Source: an uncultured Candidatus Saccharibacteria bacterium
Lineage (GTDB): Bacteria > Patescibacteriota > Minisyncoccia > Phycocordibacterales > CAIRYW01
Direction: 5' to 3'
Assembly: GCA_964446625.1 (NCBI GenBank)
Contig: CAYUPH010000003.1
Coordinates: 64,192 to 128,191 of the forward strand
DNA length: 64,000 bases
This document shows, piece after piece, positions 19,400 to 28,628 of this stretch. A model generated the notes under the pieces. It was not told where the DNA came from. It searched no databases and saw nothing but the letters and a program-made list of their open reading frames with translations. How positions within the stretch are numbered: the first letter of the stretch is position 1; the number at the start of each line of letters is the position of its first letter. A program made the translations under genes and the position numbers.

Positions 19400-19936
19400 C
19401 TATTTTCTCAGGACCACGAGCTTTCCGCTCTTTAGGGCAACAATCCGTGAGGCCTTTTTTGAGACCCTTCCACCAAGGTAAAAGTCTACTTTTTCTCCAA
19501 AGTAACTCCGAGCTTCTCCAATTGTTCGCGCGGGTTCAAGTCCTTCAGGGTTTGCGCTCGGTGCAATGAGTGGGCCTGTCTTCTTTAGAAGCCTTAGGAG
19601 TCCTTTTCTTTGCGGGATTCGGAAACCCAGAGTATTCTTTCCTCGATGCAGGTACCGAAACTTTTTTTGAACTCTTGGCATAAGCGGAAGAACAACAGTT
19701 GTTTTTTTTCGAAGAAAAATGCTTTTGTCTTTTGGTAATTCTGCACCGAAGGACACAATGTCCCCTACACTTGAAACCAGAACAAGAACTGGCTTCTCTG
19801 GGTTTCTTTTTTTTAAACCAAAAACCTCTTCTACTCCTTTTACACTTCCTGCGCTTGCAACAATACCGTATATAGTGTCTGTTGGTATGACAGCGACACC
19901 ACCTGCCTTTAAAATCTCTTCAAGGTTATGCTTCAC
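19400..19936 (-). CDS. tsaC: L-threonylcarbamoyladenylate synthase (YrdC/Sua5 family)
   Basis: VIPTDTIYGI and APSANPEG motifs of YrdC domain. Confidence 0.8.
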   Translation of the reverse strand: MKHNLEEILKAGGVAVIPTDTIYGIVASAGSVKGVEEVFGLKKRNPEKPVLVLVSSVGDIVSFGAELPKDKSIFLRKKTTVVLPLMPRVQKKFRYLHRGKNTLGFRIPQRKGLLRLLKKTGPLIAPSANPEGLEPARTIGEARSYFGEKVDFYLGGRVSKKASRIVALKSGKLVVLRK

Positions 19937-21599
19937 AGCTAATGCAAACTTTCTTTCGATTTAGCTCTTGCGCCGCGTTCATGCTGTGCTGGTAGTAAAG
20001 AGTTTTCACACCCTGTTTCCAAGCGTCAATATAAAGCGCGTTAATCTCCTTTGCAGTTGTTGTCTTTGGATTGATCATAAGGTTAAGTGACTGGCTTTGA
20101 TCAATATAGAGCTGACGAGCTGCTGCTTGGTCAACCACTGCGTACTGGTCAATTTCGGCAAATGTTTTAAACACTTCTTTTTCTTCTGGAGTTAAAATAT
20201 CGAGGTGTTGAACTGATCCGTTCATGTCACGAATTGACTGCCAAACTTCTTTTGTGTTTTGTCCTTTACTTTCGAGAAGTTTTTCAAGAAACGGATTCTT
20301 GATTGTTACTTTCATTTTCTCAATATCTTTTACATAACAGTTTGACCACACAGGCTCTACTCCTTGTGATACCTGCCCGAGAATGAAAGCTGACGAAGTG
20401 TTCGGAGCAACTGCCATAGTTGTTGTGTTTCGCATGCCGTAACCCTTTAGAATTTCTGGCTCTCCAAAAAGCTCAGCCATTTCCTTTGAAGCTTTGTAAG
20501 TCTTTTGCTGAATTTCCTTGAAAAGTTTTACATTGAGAATCATTGCTTCTTGGCTATCAAAAGAAAGCATTTTGCTCTGTAGGAGTGAGTGCCATCCTAG
20601 AACTCCAAGTCCAAGTGCTCGGTTTTCTTTTGCAAAACGATACGCCTTTTCCATAAAAAGGAATTCCTGTCTTTTATCTTTTGCTTCGTGGTCTCGCCTC
20701 CACTCTAGTTTTTCTATAAACTCTGTCATAACTGCGTCGAGGAAGTAAGTCAAAGTCTCTACTGCATCGGTGTCTTTCCATTCGTCGTAGAAAAGAGCGT
20801 TTATTGATGAAAGACAGCACACAAATGACCAATCTTCGTTTGAAGGAAGTGCAATTTCGCTACAAAGGTTACTTGCGTACACCTTAAGGTCTTTGTCTTT
20901 GTATACTTTTACAGTGTTGTTGTTTACATTGTCAGTAAACATGATGTATGGGTATCCAATTTCTGTTCGTCTTTTAATTATTTTTGCCCATATATTTCTT
21001 TTCTTCTCATCACCAGCAATCATTTCTTCCATCCACTTATTTGTCACTGTAACAGCATTGTTAAGTCCTTGGATTTTGTTTCCTTCTGTTCCAATATCCA
21101 AAAACTCTTCTATGTCTGGGTGTTCAACTGGCATATACGCTGCAAGGTGTCCGCGTCTTGTTGAACCTTGAGACACAACATCAGTCATAACATCAAAAAG
21201 TTGCATAAAGTGTACTGGGCCAGAAGAGTATCCGTTGTTGGTAATCTCTGCTCCACGAGGTCGAAGCGCTCCAAAGTACGCAGATGTTCCTCCTCCCATT
21301 TTACTCATCATTCCAACCTCTGCGTTTGTAAACAAAATATCTCCCATTGTGTCGCCGAGGTACGAGCCAAAGCAACTAATTGGAAGACCTTTTTTTACTC
21401 CAAAGTTTACCCAAACAGGTGTCGAGAGTGAGTAGTATCCTTTTTCCATGTAGCCATAGAACTTGTCGGCGTAGCCTTTGATTCCAAGAATTTTTTCGGC
21501 GTGATCAGCGATAAATCGAATCCTCTGTTCAGGAGTTGAACCATCGTTAATATAATCCTTTGCTAAAAATTTTCTGCTGTTTTCGTTGAGCCAGTGCAT
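19926..21599 (-). CDS. nrdA: class I ribonucleoside-diphosphate reductase alpha subunit, short form without ATP-cone
   Basis: 557 aa; active-site NLCSEI..., C-terminal Cys pair CISCEA; no N-terminal ATP-cone. Confidence 0.85.
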   Translation of the reverse strand: MHWLNENSRKFLAKDYINDGSTPEQRIRFIADHAEKILGIKGYADKFYGYMEKGYYSLSTPVWVNFGVKKGLPISCFGSYLGDTMGDILFTNAEVGMMSKMGGGTSAYFGALRPRGAEITNNGYSSGPVHFMQLFDVMTDVVSQGSTRRGHLAAYMPVEHPDIEEFLDIGTEGNKIQGLNNAVTVTNKWMEEMIAGDEKKRNIWAKIIKRRTEIGYPYIMFTDNVNNNTVKVYKDKDLKVYASNLCSEIALPSNEDWSFVCCLSSINALFYDEWKDTDAVETLTYFLDAVMTEFIEKLEWRRDHEAKDKRQEFLFMEKAYRFAKENRALGLGVLGWHSLLQSKMLSFDSQEAMILNVKLFKEIQQKTYKASKEMAELFGEPEILKGYGMRNTTTMAVAPNTSSAFILGQVSQGVEPVWSNCYVKDIEKMKVTIKNPFLEKLLESKGQNTKEVWQSIRDMNGSVQHLDILTPEEKEVFKTFAEIDQYAVVDQAAARQLYIDQSQSLNLMINPKTTTAKEINALYIDAWKQGVKTLYYQHSMNAAQELNRKKVCISCEA

Positions 21600-21651
21600 A
21601 ATGATTTTCTAGTTGTTCTGTTAGTTTAATAATTTCCCTTCCCTATTCTCT

Positions 21652-22920
21652 TTAAAACAAATCGTCTCCAGTGATACTTTCAACTCTTTTGTTGTAATTG
21701 ACAGATCGTTTTACAAAGAAGTCGAGGTGCTTTGTTGTCATGATTTCGTCGTTAAACCATTCAGTCTCCTCGAGAAGTTTCTCGTCAATTGTAAAGAGTT
21801 TCTTGAATCCAATTGCTGAAAGTGAGTTATTGAATCGGTTTTTGATGAACTCAAGAACTGTAGCTTTTGAAAGGAACGGAATCTCTCCTTTTTCAAAAAT
21901 CCAATCTACAATTGCCTGCTCTGCTGCAAATGCCTCGTTGCATAAATCGTACACAGACTGCTCGTACTCTTCTGTAAACCACTCTGGGTGTTCTGTTTTA
22001 ATAATTTTAAGAAGGTCGATACCAAAGAGTCCGTGAATTTGCTCTTCTTTTGAAGTCGCTTCAATAACATTCGACATTCCTCGGAAGAGTCCTTTGAACT
22101 TGTTGAAGGACATGATGATGAGGAATTGTGAAAACAGCGACACATGTTCAATAAACAAAGAAAAAAGAAGAAGTGTTCGAGAATAATCTTTGTGATGATC
22201 AGAATGTGCGTTTGCAATCGCCTTTTCAATATAGTTGATTCGGCTAATGATTGCAGGAACCTCTTTGATTTTTTCGAATTCAGCATTTAGTCCAAGGATT
22301 TCAAGAAGGTGCGCGTAGGCGTCTTGGTGACGCACTTCACTTTCTGCAAAAGTTGCTCCCACAGCACCAACTTCTGGCTTTGGAATTTTTTTGTAAATGT
22401 CTCCCCAAAAAGTTTTTACAGACACTTCTACTTGAGCAATTGCGAGCATTGCATTTTTGAGAGCGTTTTTCTCTGCTTCGCTTGTGTTGACGAGGTAATC
22501 GTGAATATCAGAAGTAAAATTAAACTCAGTGTGTAGCCAATATGAGTGACGAATTCCGTCTACATACTCCAGGAGCTCTGGGTACTCATAAGGCTTTAGT
22601 GCTAGTCGCTTCTTAAAGATGTCTCGCTTTCGAAGTTCTGCCTGTTTCTGTCTGTAGAGGATATACGCCTTTGCAGTCGCGTGTAGTCCTGAGTCCATGA
22701 GCGCAAATTCTACTTGATCCTGAACACCTTCAACTGTTGGTGTACTGTCTCCAAACTTTTCTTCAAGATTTTTGATGGCAAGGTCTGTAATTTCAGAAAT
22801 TTTTTGCTTTGAAGCTTCTTCTCCAGTTGCAACGCACGCTTTTCTAATAGCTTCTTCGATTCGAACTCGGTCGAATTCGACAATCGAACCATTTCTTTTT
22901 ATTACAAGTTGTATTGCCAT
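21652..22920 (-). CDS. nrdB: ribonucleotide reductase beta (R2) subunit with N-terminal ATP-cone domain
   Basis: N-terminus VIKRNGSIVEFDRVRIEEAIRKA...AKAYILYRQ (ATP-cone) fused to ferritin-like R2 core (iron ligands in ...EAIH.. / ..EEQIHG.. regions). Confidence 0.8.
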   Translation of the reverse strand: MAIQLVIKRNGSIVEFDRVRIEEAIRKACVATGEEASKQKISEITDLAIKNLEEKFGDSTPTVEGVQDQVEFALMDSGLHATAKAYILYRQKQAELRKRDIFKKRLALKPYEYPELLEYVDGIRHSYWLHTEFNFTSDIHDYLVNTSEAEKNALKNAMLAIAQVEVSVKTFWGDIYKKIPKPEVGAVGATFAESEVRHQDAYAHLLEILGLNAEFEKIKEVPAIISRINYIEKAIANAHSDHHKDYSRTLLLFSLFIEHVSLFSQFLIIMSFNKFKGLFRGMSNVIEATSKEEQIHGLFGIDLLKIIKTEHPEWFTEEYEQSVYDLCNEAFAAEQAIVDWIFEKGEIPFLSKATVLEFIKNRFNNSLSAIGFKKLFTIDEKLLEETEWFNDEIMTTKHLDFFVKRSVNYNKRVESITGDDLF

Positions 22921-23062
22921 AAATTGTTTGGATTATCTCTTATAATTTTTTCTTTAAGTTTCTAGCCAATATATTTTACATTAAAATGACTGAGTCTTAA
23001 AGAGTGGAAAACTATAAAATTCGCCATCAAGACACAGAGAATATCTTAATGCAATACCGAAG

Positions 23063-24430
23063 CTACTCCGGGTCAAAAATAGAAGGCGAAAATAGCTCTC
23101 CTGCAAGAAGTTTTGCAACTTTCCACCCACCATAAATTGATGGCATGAGTCCAACACCGTTACACCCAAGGTTATAAAAGAGATTATGATCTTCTTTTTC
23201 CGGACCAATGAGTCGAATACGGTTTTTTGTGTAGCCCATGAGTCCGTGCCAGCTAAAAGTGTGCTCTATTTTTTTGTTCGGGTGCAGTTTGTAGGTTTTT
23301 TTCACAAAGCTGTCTATCTCGCCAATGATTTCGTGTGTAAGGAGTGCTTTTTTGTCATACAAATGTTTCTGTTCAACAAAATTCCCGGGGCCTCCAACAG
23401 AAATAAGGTTGTGCTCCACTCCCTTTTCGTATTCATATTGCCTTCGAGTCAGATAAAAGTAGTTTAATTCGTCGCTCGCAAGCCCAGTATCTGGGTTTTG
23501 AATGTAACTTATCGCAATCGGCGGTTTATTCATCTTTTCAAGGTAAGCAGACATGTAGCCAATATATCCTTCGAGGTTCTCGTGGAATTTTCTGTTAATA
23601 GAAAGTCCGCCTTTTGCAAATATTTCAATATGCTCGAAGCCGTTCGTACAAAGAACAACATCGATTGCAGTGATTGTGTGGGTTATGGCGTCCAAAATCC
23701 CATAGTTTTCTTCCATTACTATTTTTTTAATCGGTGTTTTCTCAAAAAGTGTAAATCTCTCCGGATATTTTCGAGACAAATAGTCTGCAATTTCATTACA
23801 AATGAGCGCACTGTTCGCACACCCCTTCTGTGAAGACAAAAGCGCAACATAGCTGTCGTCAGTTGTTTCAAGACACTCCATAATTTTTTCGCGAGCTGTA
23901 AGTTCATAAAGTCCCGCGTACTTTTCAGGAATTTCGCGAAGGAATTTTGCATCGTCTGCAATTTGTAATCTTTCAAAGTTGATTTCACCTTCCTTTCGAC
24001 AACGATTATTTTCAAGACACTCCAGAACATGCTGATACCCAGTAAGTCCTGTGTAGCCAGTAAAGCGAGCAACAGGAATATTTAGTCCAGCTTCTGTGTA
24101 CATAAGGTCAAAAAGAGCCCATGTTTCCTCAATGGCTTTTTGACCTTCGGTTGCCATTTTTACTCCGAACATTTCAGCAATTTCGTAGAGTTGCTTTTCA
24201 AAATACGTCACCATGTGTCCCCCGTTGTGCCCTGAAGCCCCATGCGCAACACGGTCTGCGTCTACAAGAACAACATTTTTGTCTGTCTCTCGTAGTATAA
24301 AAAAGGCAGTTGAGATACCTGCAATACCAGCTCCCACGATGACAACATCAGTACTTACATCTTCTGTAAGTTTTTTTGCTTCTCTTTGAATGTTAAGCTG
24401 ATGTATCCAAGGGGAACGATTTTCGTGCAT
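23063..24430 (-). CDS. FAD-dependent oxidoreductase (DAO/glycine-oxidase-like)
   Basis: N-terminal dinucleotide fold VVIVGAGIAGISTAFF. Confidence 0.75.
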   Translation of the reverse strand: MHENRSPWIHQLNIQREAKKLTEDVSTDVVIVGAGIAGISTAFFILRETDKNVVLVDADRVAHGASGHNGGHMVTYFEKQLYEIAEMFGVKMATEGQKAIEETWALFDLMYTEAGLNIPVARFTGYTGLTGYQHVLECLENNRCRKEGEINFERLQIADDAKFLREIPEKYAGLYELTAREKIMECLETTDDSYVALLSSQKGCANSALICNEIADYLSRKYPERFTLFEKTPIKKIVMEENYGILDAITHTITAIDVVLCTNGFEHIEIFAKGGLSINRKFHENLEGYIGYMSAYLEKMNKPPIAISYIQNPDTGLASDELNYFYLTRRQYEYEKGVEHNLISVGGPGNFVEQKHLYDKKALLTHEIIGEIDSFVKKTYKLHPNKKIEHTFSWHGLMGYTKNRIRLIGPEKEDHNLFYNLGCNGVGLMPSIYGGWKVAKLLAGELFSPSIFDPE

Positions 24431-24478
24431 ATCATAAATTATATCATAAGAAATTTTGGCATTAAAAAAAGCAGCTGG

Positions 24479-24931
24479 TTAGGCTGCTGCGAGGAGCGGA
24501 GGTGGTTTGGAACCTCTGCTGTAGTCCATAAAGACCCGAATCCCTCTCTGCGCAAGTAGATGCAGGATACTCTCGGCGAGCTCAGGGACAGAAAATAGTG
24601 TAGACGGCCGATGAATAGTAACTGTCATCGATCCAGTTTTCCCTGTTTCGTAAACCGCATCTATCCACAGAAGCAGTTCGTCACACTTCCCCTTAACTAC
24701 TTGCAGGGGCTCCAACGGGTTGCGAGAAGACCTGTTTCCTAAGCCGGTCTCATTTATAATGATTCCGGTTGCGCTCCTAAGGTCCCTTCTTGCGAAAACA
24801 ACAGGAACATACAAATAGACTTGCTTTCCTGTGATTTGCTTATTCGGGAATTCTTCCGGCTCACAAAGACCCGAAAGTCTCACAAGGGTTTCGCGAGCTA
24901 AAAGCTCGATGGCTGTTGCTTGTTTCTTCAT
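24479..24931 (-). CDS. hypothetical protein, GC-rich, member of 3-gene paralog-like cluster
   Basis: 150 aa; GLCEPEEFP motif resembling FCxVxxxMPCxP of neighbours. Confidence 0.45.
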   Translation of the reverse strand: MKKQATAIELLARETLVRLSGLCEPEEFPNKQITGKQVYLYVPVVFARRDLRSATGIIINETGLGNRSSRNPLEPLQVVKGKCDELLLWIDAVYETGKTGSMTVTIHRPSTLFSVPELAESILHLLAQRGIRVFMDYSRGSKPPPLLAAA

Positions 24932-25010
24932 CTACCAAAATAATACAACATTTAGTATAAAAAGTAAACAAATAAAAAAACTCCTAGGAAACCCTAGGAG
25001 CCTAATTGTG

Positions 25011-25439
25011 TTATTTGCCCCAAAGCAGATTTGCTAGCTTCGGAGTAGGAACTAGAATGATATCCTCCTCTCCTTCCTGCCCTATCATTTGCATCTCCAC
25101 GAAGCCCTCTAGGACCAGCCTCATGAAGCCGTGTGAAAGAGCAAGAAAGTCATCAATCCCCAATTCCACAAGCGGGATAGCTGCATGATGGTCAACTTCT
25201 TTTCCGAGCGCACCTTCCCTCCACTGGAGCTCCAGGTGTCTCAAGAAAGTTGTCACAAGAATCCCTACCCACCTTCCCTTGTCACAGGAGAAGTGAACTA
25301 GCTCTTCTGCTATGTAACATGCCTCCTCTGATAGTGTGGCGTGTGGACGAGGAATCTTGCGTCCAGCAAGTTTTTTGGGCTTGCAAGGCATTTTTGACAG
25401 CACTTGGCAAAAGCCGTCAGCAATTAAAGGATTTGCCAT
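25011..25439 (-). CDS. hypothetical protein, GC-rich paralog B
   Basis: 142 aa; GFCQVLSKMPCKP ... LVPTPKLANLL, paralogous to 25507..25911 product. Confidence 0.5.
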   Translation of the reverse strand: MANPLIADGFCQVLSKMPCKPKKLAGRKIPRPHATLSEEACYIAEELVHFSCDKGRWVGILVTTFLRHLELQWREGALGKEVDHHAAIPLVELGIDDFLALSHGFMRLVLEGFVEMQMIGQEGEEDIILVPTPKLANLLWGK

Positions 25440-25506
25440 AAAGAACAGGCGCTATTTTACAATATTTTTGCGAGATTTCAATAAAAAATCCCCAGGCGTT
25501 GGGGAG

Positions 25507-25911
25507 TTATGTGAGAGCTGCTTGCTGAAGTAGAGTCCCCACAAGTTTGGCAGTGGGAAAGTAGAAGACTCTACCCTCAAGGAATGATAGTTCTACCCAC
25601 CCTTCCCTTGTAAGTGTAATCAGTTGAAGTTCAACGATGACACCTTCGGCTTGACTTCGTGAATCTTTGAAGAGATGTTCTGCTGAAACTCCTACCCAGA
25701 ACCCCTGAGCCCCGGAGTTGGATAGTAGTCGAACTACTGCTACAACTCCAGGTATTGCACAGGCAAGGATAGTTCTCTCCAAATCTTTGCCGAGGATGTC
25801 TTGAGGGGTGCAGGGCATTTCTTCTGCAACAGTGCAGAAGTCTCCGCCCAGATAGGAATGATTTGTCATAAAGAGCGTTTGAACTCTACAACACTTTTGA
25901 GAGGATTTCAA
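25507..25911 (-). CDS. hypothetical protein, GC-rich paralog C (possible roadblock/LC7-like)
   Basis: GDFCTVAEEMPCTP ... IPGVVAVVRLLSNSGAQGFWVG ... YFPTAKLVGTLL; true start may be internal MTNHSY. Confidence 0.5.
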   Translation of the reverse strand: MKSSQKCCRVQTLFMTNHSYLGGDFCTVAEEMPCTPQDILGKDLERTILACAIPGVVAVVRLLSNSGAQGFWVGVSAEHLFKDSRSQAEGVIVELQLITLTREGWVELSFLEGRVFYFPTAKLVGTLLQQAALT

Positions 25912-26238
25912 TTACTCGTCTCTGTTTTCTCTTTCCTCCATTTCTCGGTAGCAAATTTCTTTATAGCCAGTGTTGCATATGTCGAGTATTTCGCTCTCAG
26001 AAAATCCGGAGATTTTATAAGCTGACTCATTATTTTCATCCATAAGTGCAACCGTGTATGTTCCATCTTCTTCCCTTTTTAAACCATAGAGGCTCACCCA
26101 CCCAATACCAATTCCCTCTTTGATTTCAGGTACTGTTTTTAAATCTGGTGGAGTTTCATCAAAAGTGCCTCTAGGAAAAAAGTAAGTTTCTAGTAGTTCT
26201 TCTATTTTACTTCGGTGTTCAGGTTCTTTTTCGCTCAT
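25912..26238 (-). CDS. hypothetical acidic protein (108 aa)
   Basis: Intact ORF, AT-rich codon usage like host. Confidence 0.4.
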   Translation of the reverse strand: MSEKEPEHRSKIEELLETYFFPRGTFDETPPDLKTVPEIKEGIGIGWVSLYGLKREEDGTYTVALMDENNESAYKISGFSESEILDICNTGYKEICYREMEERENRDE

Positions 26239-26340
26239 GTTTGTATAGTAGCATGAAAGTTTTAGCTAAAACAAAAGCCGCCTTGTGACGGGCTTTTGTT
26301 TTCTATAAAAGGAAACTGTGGTGAAAATTTAGGACAAATA

Positions 26341-26559
26341 AACTAATCGACACCTAAACTTTTTTTAACTCTCGCAATCTCTTCTGCGTTTGTTTCTCCT
26401 AATTCTTCTAGTCTCCTTCTATCTTTTTCTAAATCTTCTTCATCACCTGGTGAAAGTTCTTCTCCATAAACCCTTGGAGCATCGGTAGTAGCTATTCTTT
26501 TTATTAAAATCTCTACTTCGCCCCAAGACCTATCTGGCTTATTAAAATAAGCTGCTGGA
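26341..26559 (-). pseudogene. 3' gene remnant (72-codon C-terminal fragment without start codon)
   Basis: Minus-strand frame reads ...NPAAYFNKPDRSWGEVEILIKRIATTDAPRVYGEELSPGDEEDLEKDRRRLEELGETNAEEIARVKKSLGVD* but upstream in-frame stop and no Met; lies between terminator-like repeat and defence island. Confidence 0.35.
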
Positions 26560-26738
26560 TTTTATTATAGAGTCTCCAGACAATGTCTACTATTAGGACT
26601 TCTTTGATCCAATGCAGAAATATATATTTCTTACGTTGTGTTGATGAATGGATACAAAAAATAGTATTGTCGAATTTTATATTTAGATATGGTTTAACTT
26701 AATATAATACGGTAAGTTAATGAATACAGTACCTGATA

Positions 26739-28622
26739 TTAAGATTGCCATTTATCCAAGAGATTAATAGTTTGACTTACGGGCTGATTTTTTCTATTTG
26801 AAATTTTACCAACTTTCATTACAACTGGGATTTGAGCAAGCAAGCCAGCAAGAATACATGTACCAGTTGCTAGGTTTGGAATTGAATCAGCAGATACCTT
26901 ATCCAAATAGGCAATTGTTTTTTCAACAGCCAATAAATCATTATTATTAATAAGTCTGTGTAGAAAATAATTATGAAGTTGTGAAATGATTGTCGGAGAT
27001 ATATCTGAAGGTCTTTGACTTGAAATAGTAAGGAATGTACCGAACTTTCTTCCTTCTTTAATAATCTCCTCAAATGTTTCCAATCTGTAATCTTTCCATT
27101 GCTCACTCTCACGTTGAGAACTACCAGATAGTATATTGTGAGCTTCATCAATAATTATATGTAGCGAATTTTCCTTATTATTACTAGATTTTTTAGTATC
27201 ATAAAGCTCCTTACAAATAAGTAGAGGTAGCATTTTTCTAATATCCAAGTTTACATCCTTTAGGGATATAATAGTAAGATTTTTAACAAACCTTTCTCTT
27301 CCTTGCACTGAAATAACCTTTTCCAAATCAAGAACCCTTTTTTCCATTCGCTTGATTAATGGAGAAAGATGTTCACGGTTTGAAAAACCTCTAATCATTT
27401 CATCATAATATTTTATAATAATTCTGACTCCAATTTTCTTAATACCCGATAATAATGAAACATCAATAGTTTCAATTGAATTAATGGTGTCTTCGATTTT
27501 TACAGCAAATGTTGGCGAATCACTATAGATTTTATCTGATAGGCCAGACTTTAGGTAAAAACTAATATTCTCATTGCCACCAAATAAATTCCCTTTAAAA
27601 TAATCTCCGGCTAATTTAAGGTCATTATTATCCAAAAAAGAAGCTAATTCATAAAGTAAATCTACAGTTAGTGACCTATCAATATTTTTTCCACTAATTG
27701 AAGTCGCAGCTTTTATTTTCTCTATAATCAACCCTTTAAATGATTCATCAGTATTTATTCTAGATTCTATGTAATAATCTTTTATTGCCCTATTTATAAA
27801 TGGAATCTGAGTCTTTTCTGTAGCTTCAAGAAAGATTGACCAGAAACTTACATCTTTTAAGGTCTCCTTTTTTATAGGAAACCTATCATCTCCCTCATCT
27901 GTGCTAGTTGAAAGTTTATATACATTTTTATATTTTTTTTCAATTATCACATCATCGTCAGCATATTCGCCATTAAAATCAATCATAAAAAACTTTGCTT
28001 TTGACTTAAAACTGGCATTGTCTTTAAATTTCTTAAACAATTCTCTAAATAATTTTGCCAATGTGTATGATTTTCCACTTCCTGTGTTTCCAAAAATTCC
28101 GATATGACTAGCAAATAAACTATTAATACCTAAATCAATTCTCTGCCCATCATCGTAAGCTAATGTACCAACCTCGATTCTCTCATCTCCTTTTTGTATA
28201 AAATTGTGGATTTCTTCAAACTCCTCCTTGCGTAATAAAAAACACTTATTATCAATAAGGGGTAATTCCTTAATACCTCTGTAAAATGAACCGTCCTCAA
28301 TAAAGCCGAGTATTTTGACGTTTAAAATTCTATTTATCTTTTCTTTATTACTCTTATAACTTGTTTTAAGATAGTCCCTATCTTCAGTGATTGACTCTCC
28401 TTCAATTTTTCCAACCATCTCTAAAAAACCTTTTTTTATTTTAATGTATCCACCCACAAAAATATTTTGGATTATGTCTCCTTTATATAAAACTGAAGAA
28501 GTATTTTTTCCCTTATCAACTTTAATTTTAATTGATTGCCCCTCAACAGCAAAAACTACCCCAATTCTAAATATTGAATTATCAACAATATGTGTTCCGG
28601 TATTATTTTCCAGTATTTTCAT
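26739..28622 (-). CDS. herA: HerA-like (FtsK/HerA superfamily, DUF87) ATPase, partner of SIR2 in SIR2-HerA defence system
   Basis: 627 aa; N-terminal HAS-barrel-like region, Walker A GIFGNTGSGKSYTLAKL, Walker B LHIIIDEAHNIL; 6 nt downstream of SIR2 gene. Confidence 0.8.
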   Translation of the reverse strand: MKILENNTGTHIVDNSIFRIGVVFAVEGQSIKIKVDKGKNTSSVLYKGDIIQNIFVGGYIKIKKGFLEMVGKIEGESITEDRDYLKTSYKSNKEKINRILNVKILGFIEDGSFYRGIKELPLIDNKCFLLRKEEFEEIHNFIQKGDERIEVGTLAYDDGQRIDLGINSLFASHIGIFGNTGSGKSYTLAKLFRELFKKFKDNASFKSKAKFFMIDFNGEYADDDVIIEKKYKNVYKLSTSTDEGDDRFPIKKETLKDVSFWSIFLEATEKTQIPFINRAIKDYYIESRINTDESFKGLIIEKIKAATSISGKNIDRSLTVDLLYELASFLDNNDLKLAGDYFKGNLFGGNENISFYLKSGLSDKIYSDSPTFAVKIEDTINSIETIDVSLLSGIKKIGVRIIIKYYDEMIRGFSNREHLSPLIKRMEKRVLDLEKVISVQGRERFVKNLTIISLKDVNLDIRKMLPLLICKELYDTKKSSNNKENSLHIIIDEAHNILSGSSQRESEQWKDYRLETFEEIIKEGRKFGTFLTISSQRPSDISPTIISQLHNYFLHRLINNNDLLAVEKTIAYLDKVSADSIPNLATGTCILAGLLAQIPVVMKVGKISNRKNQPVSQTINLLDKWQS

Positions 28623-28628
28623 TTATGT

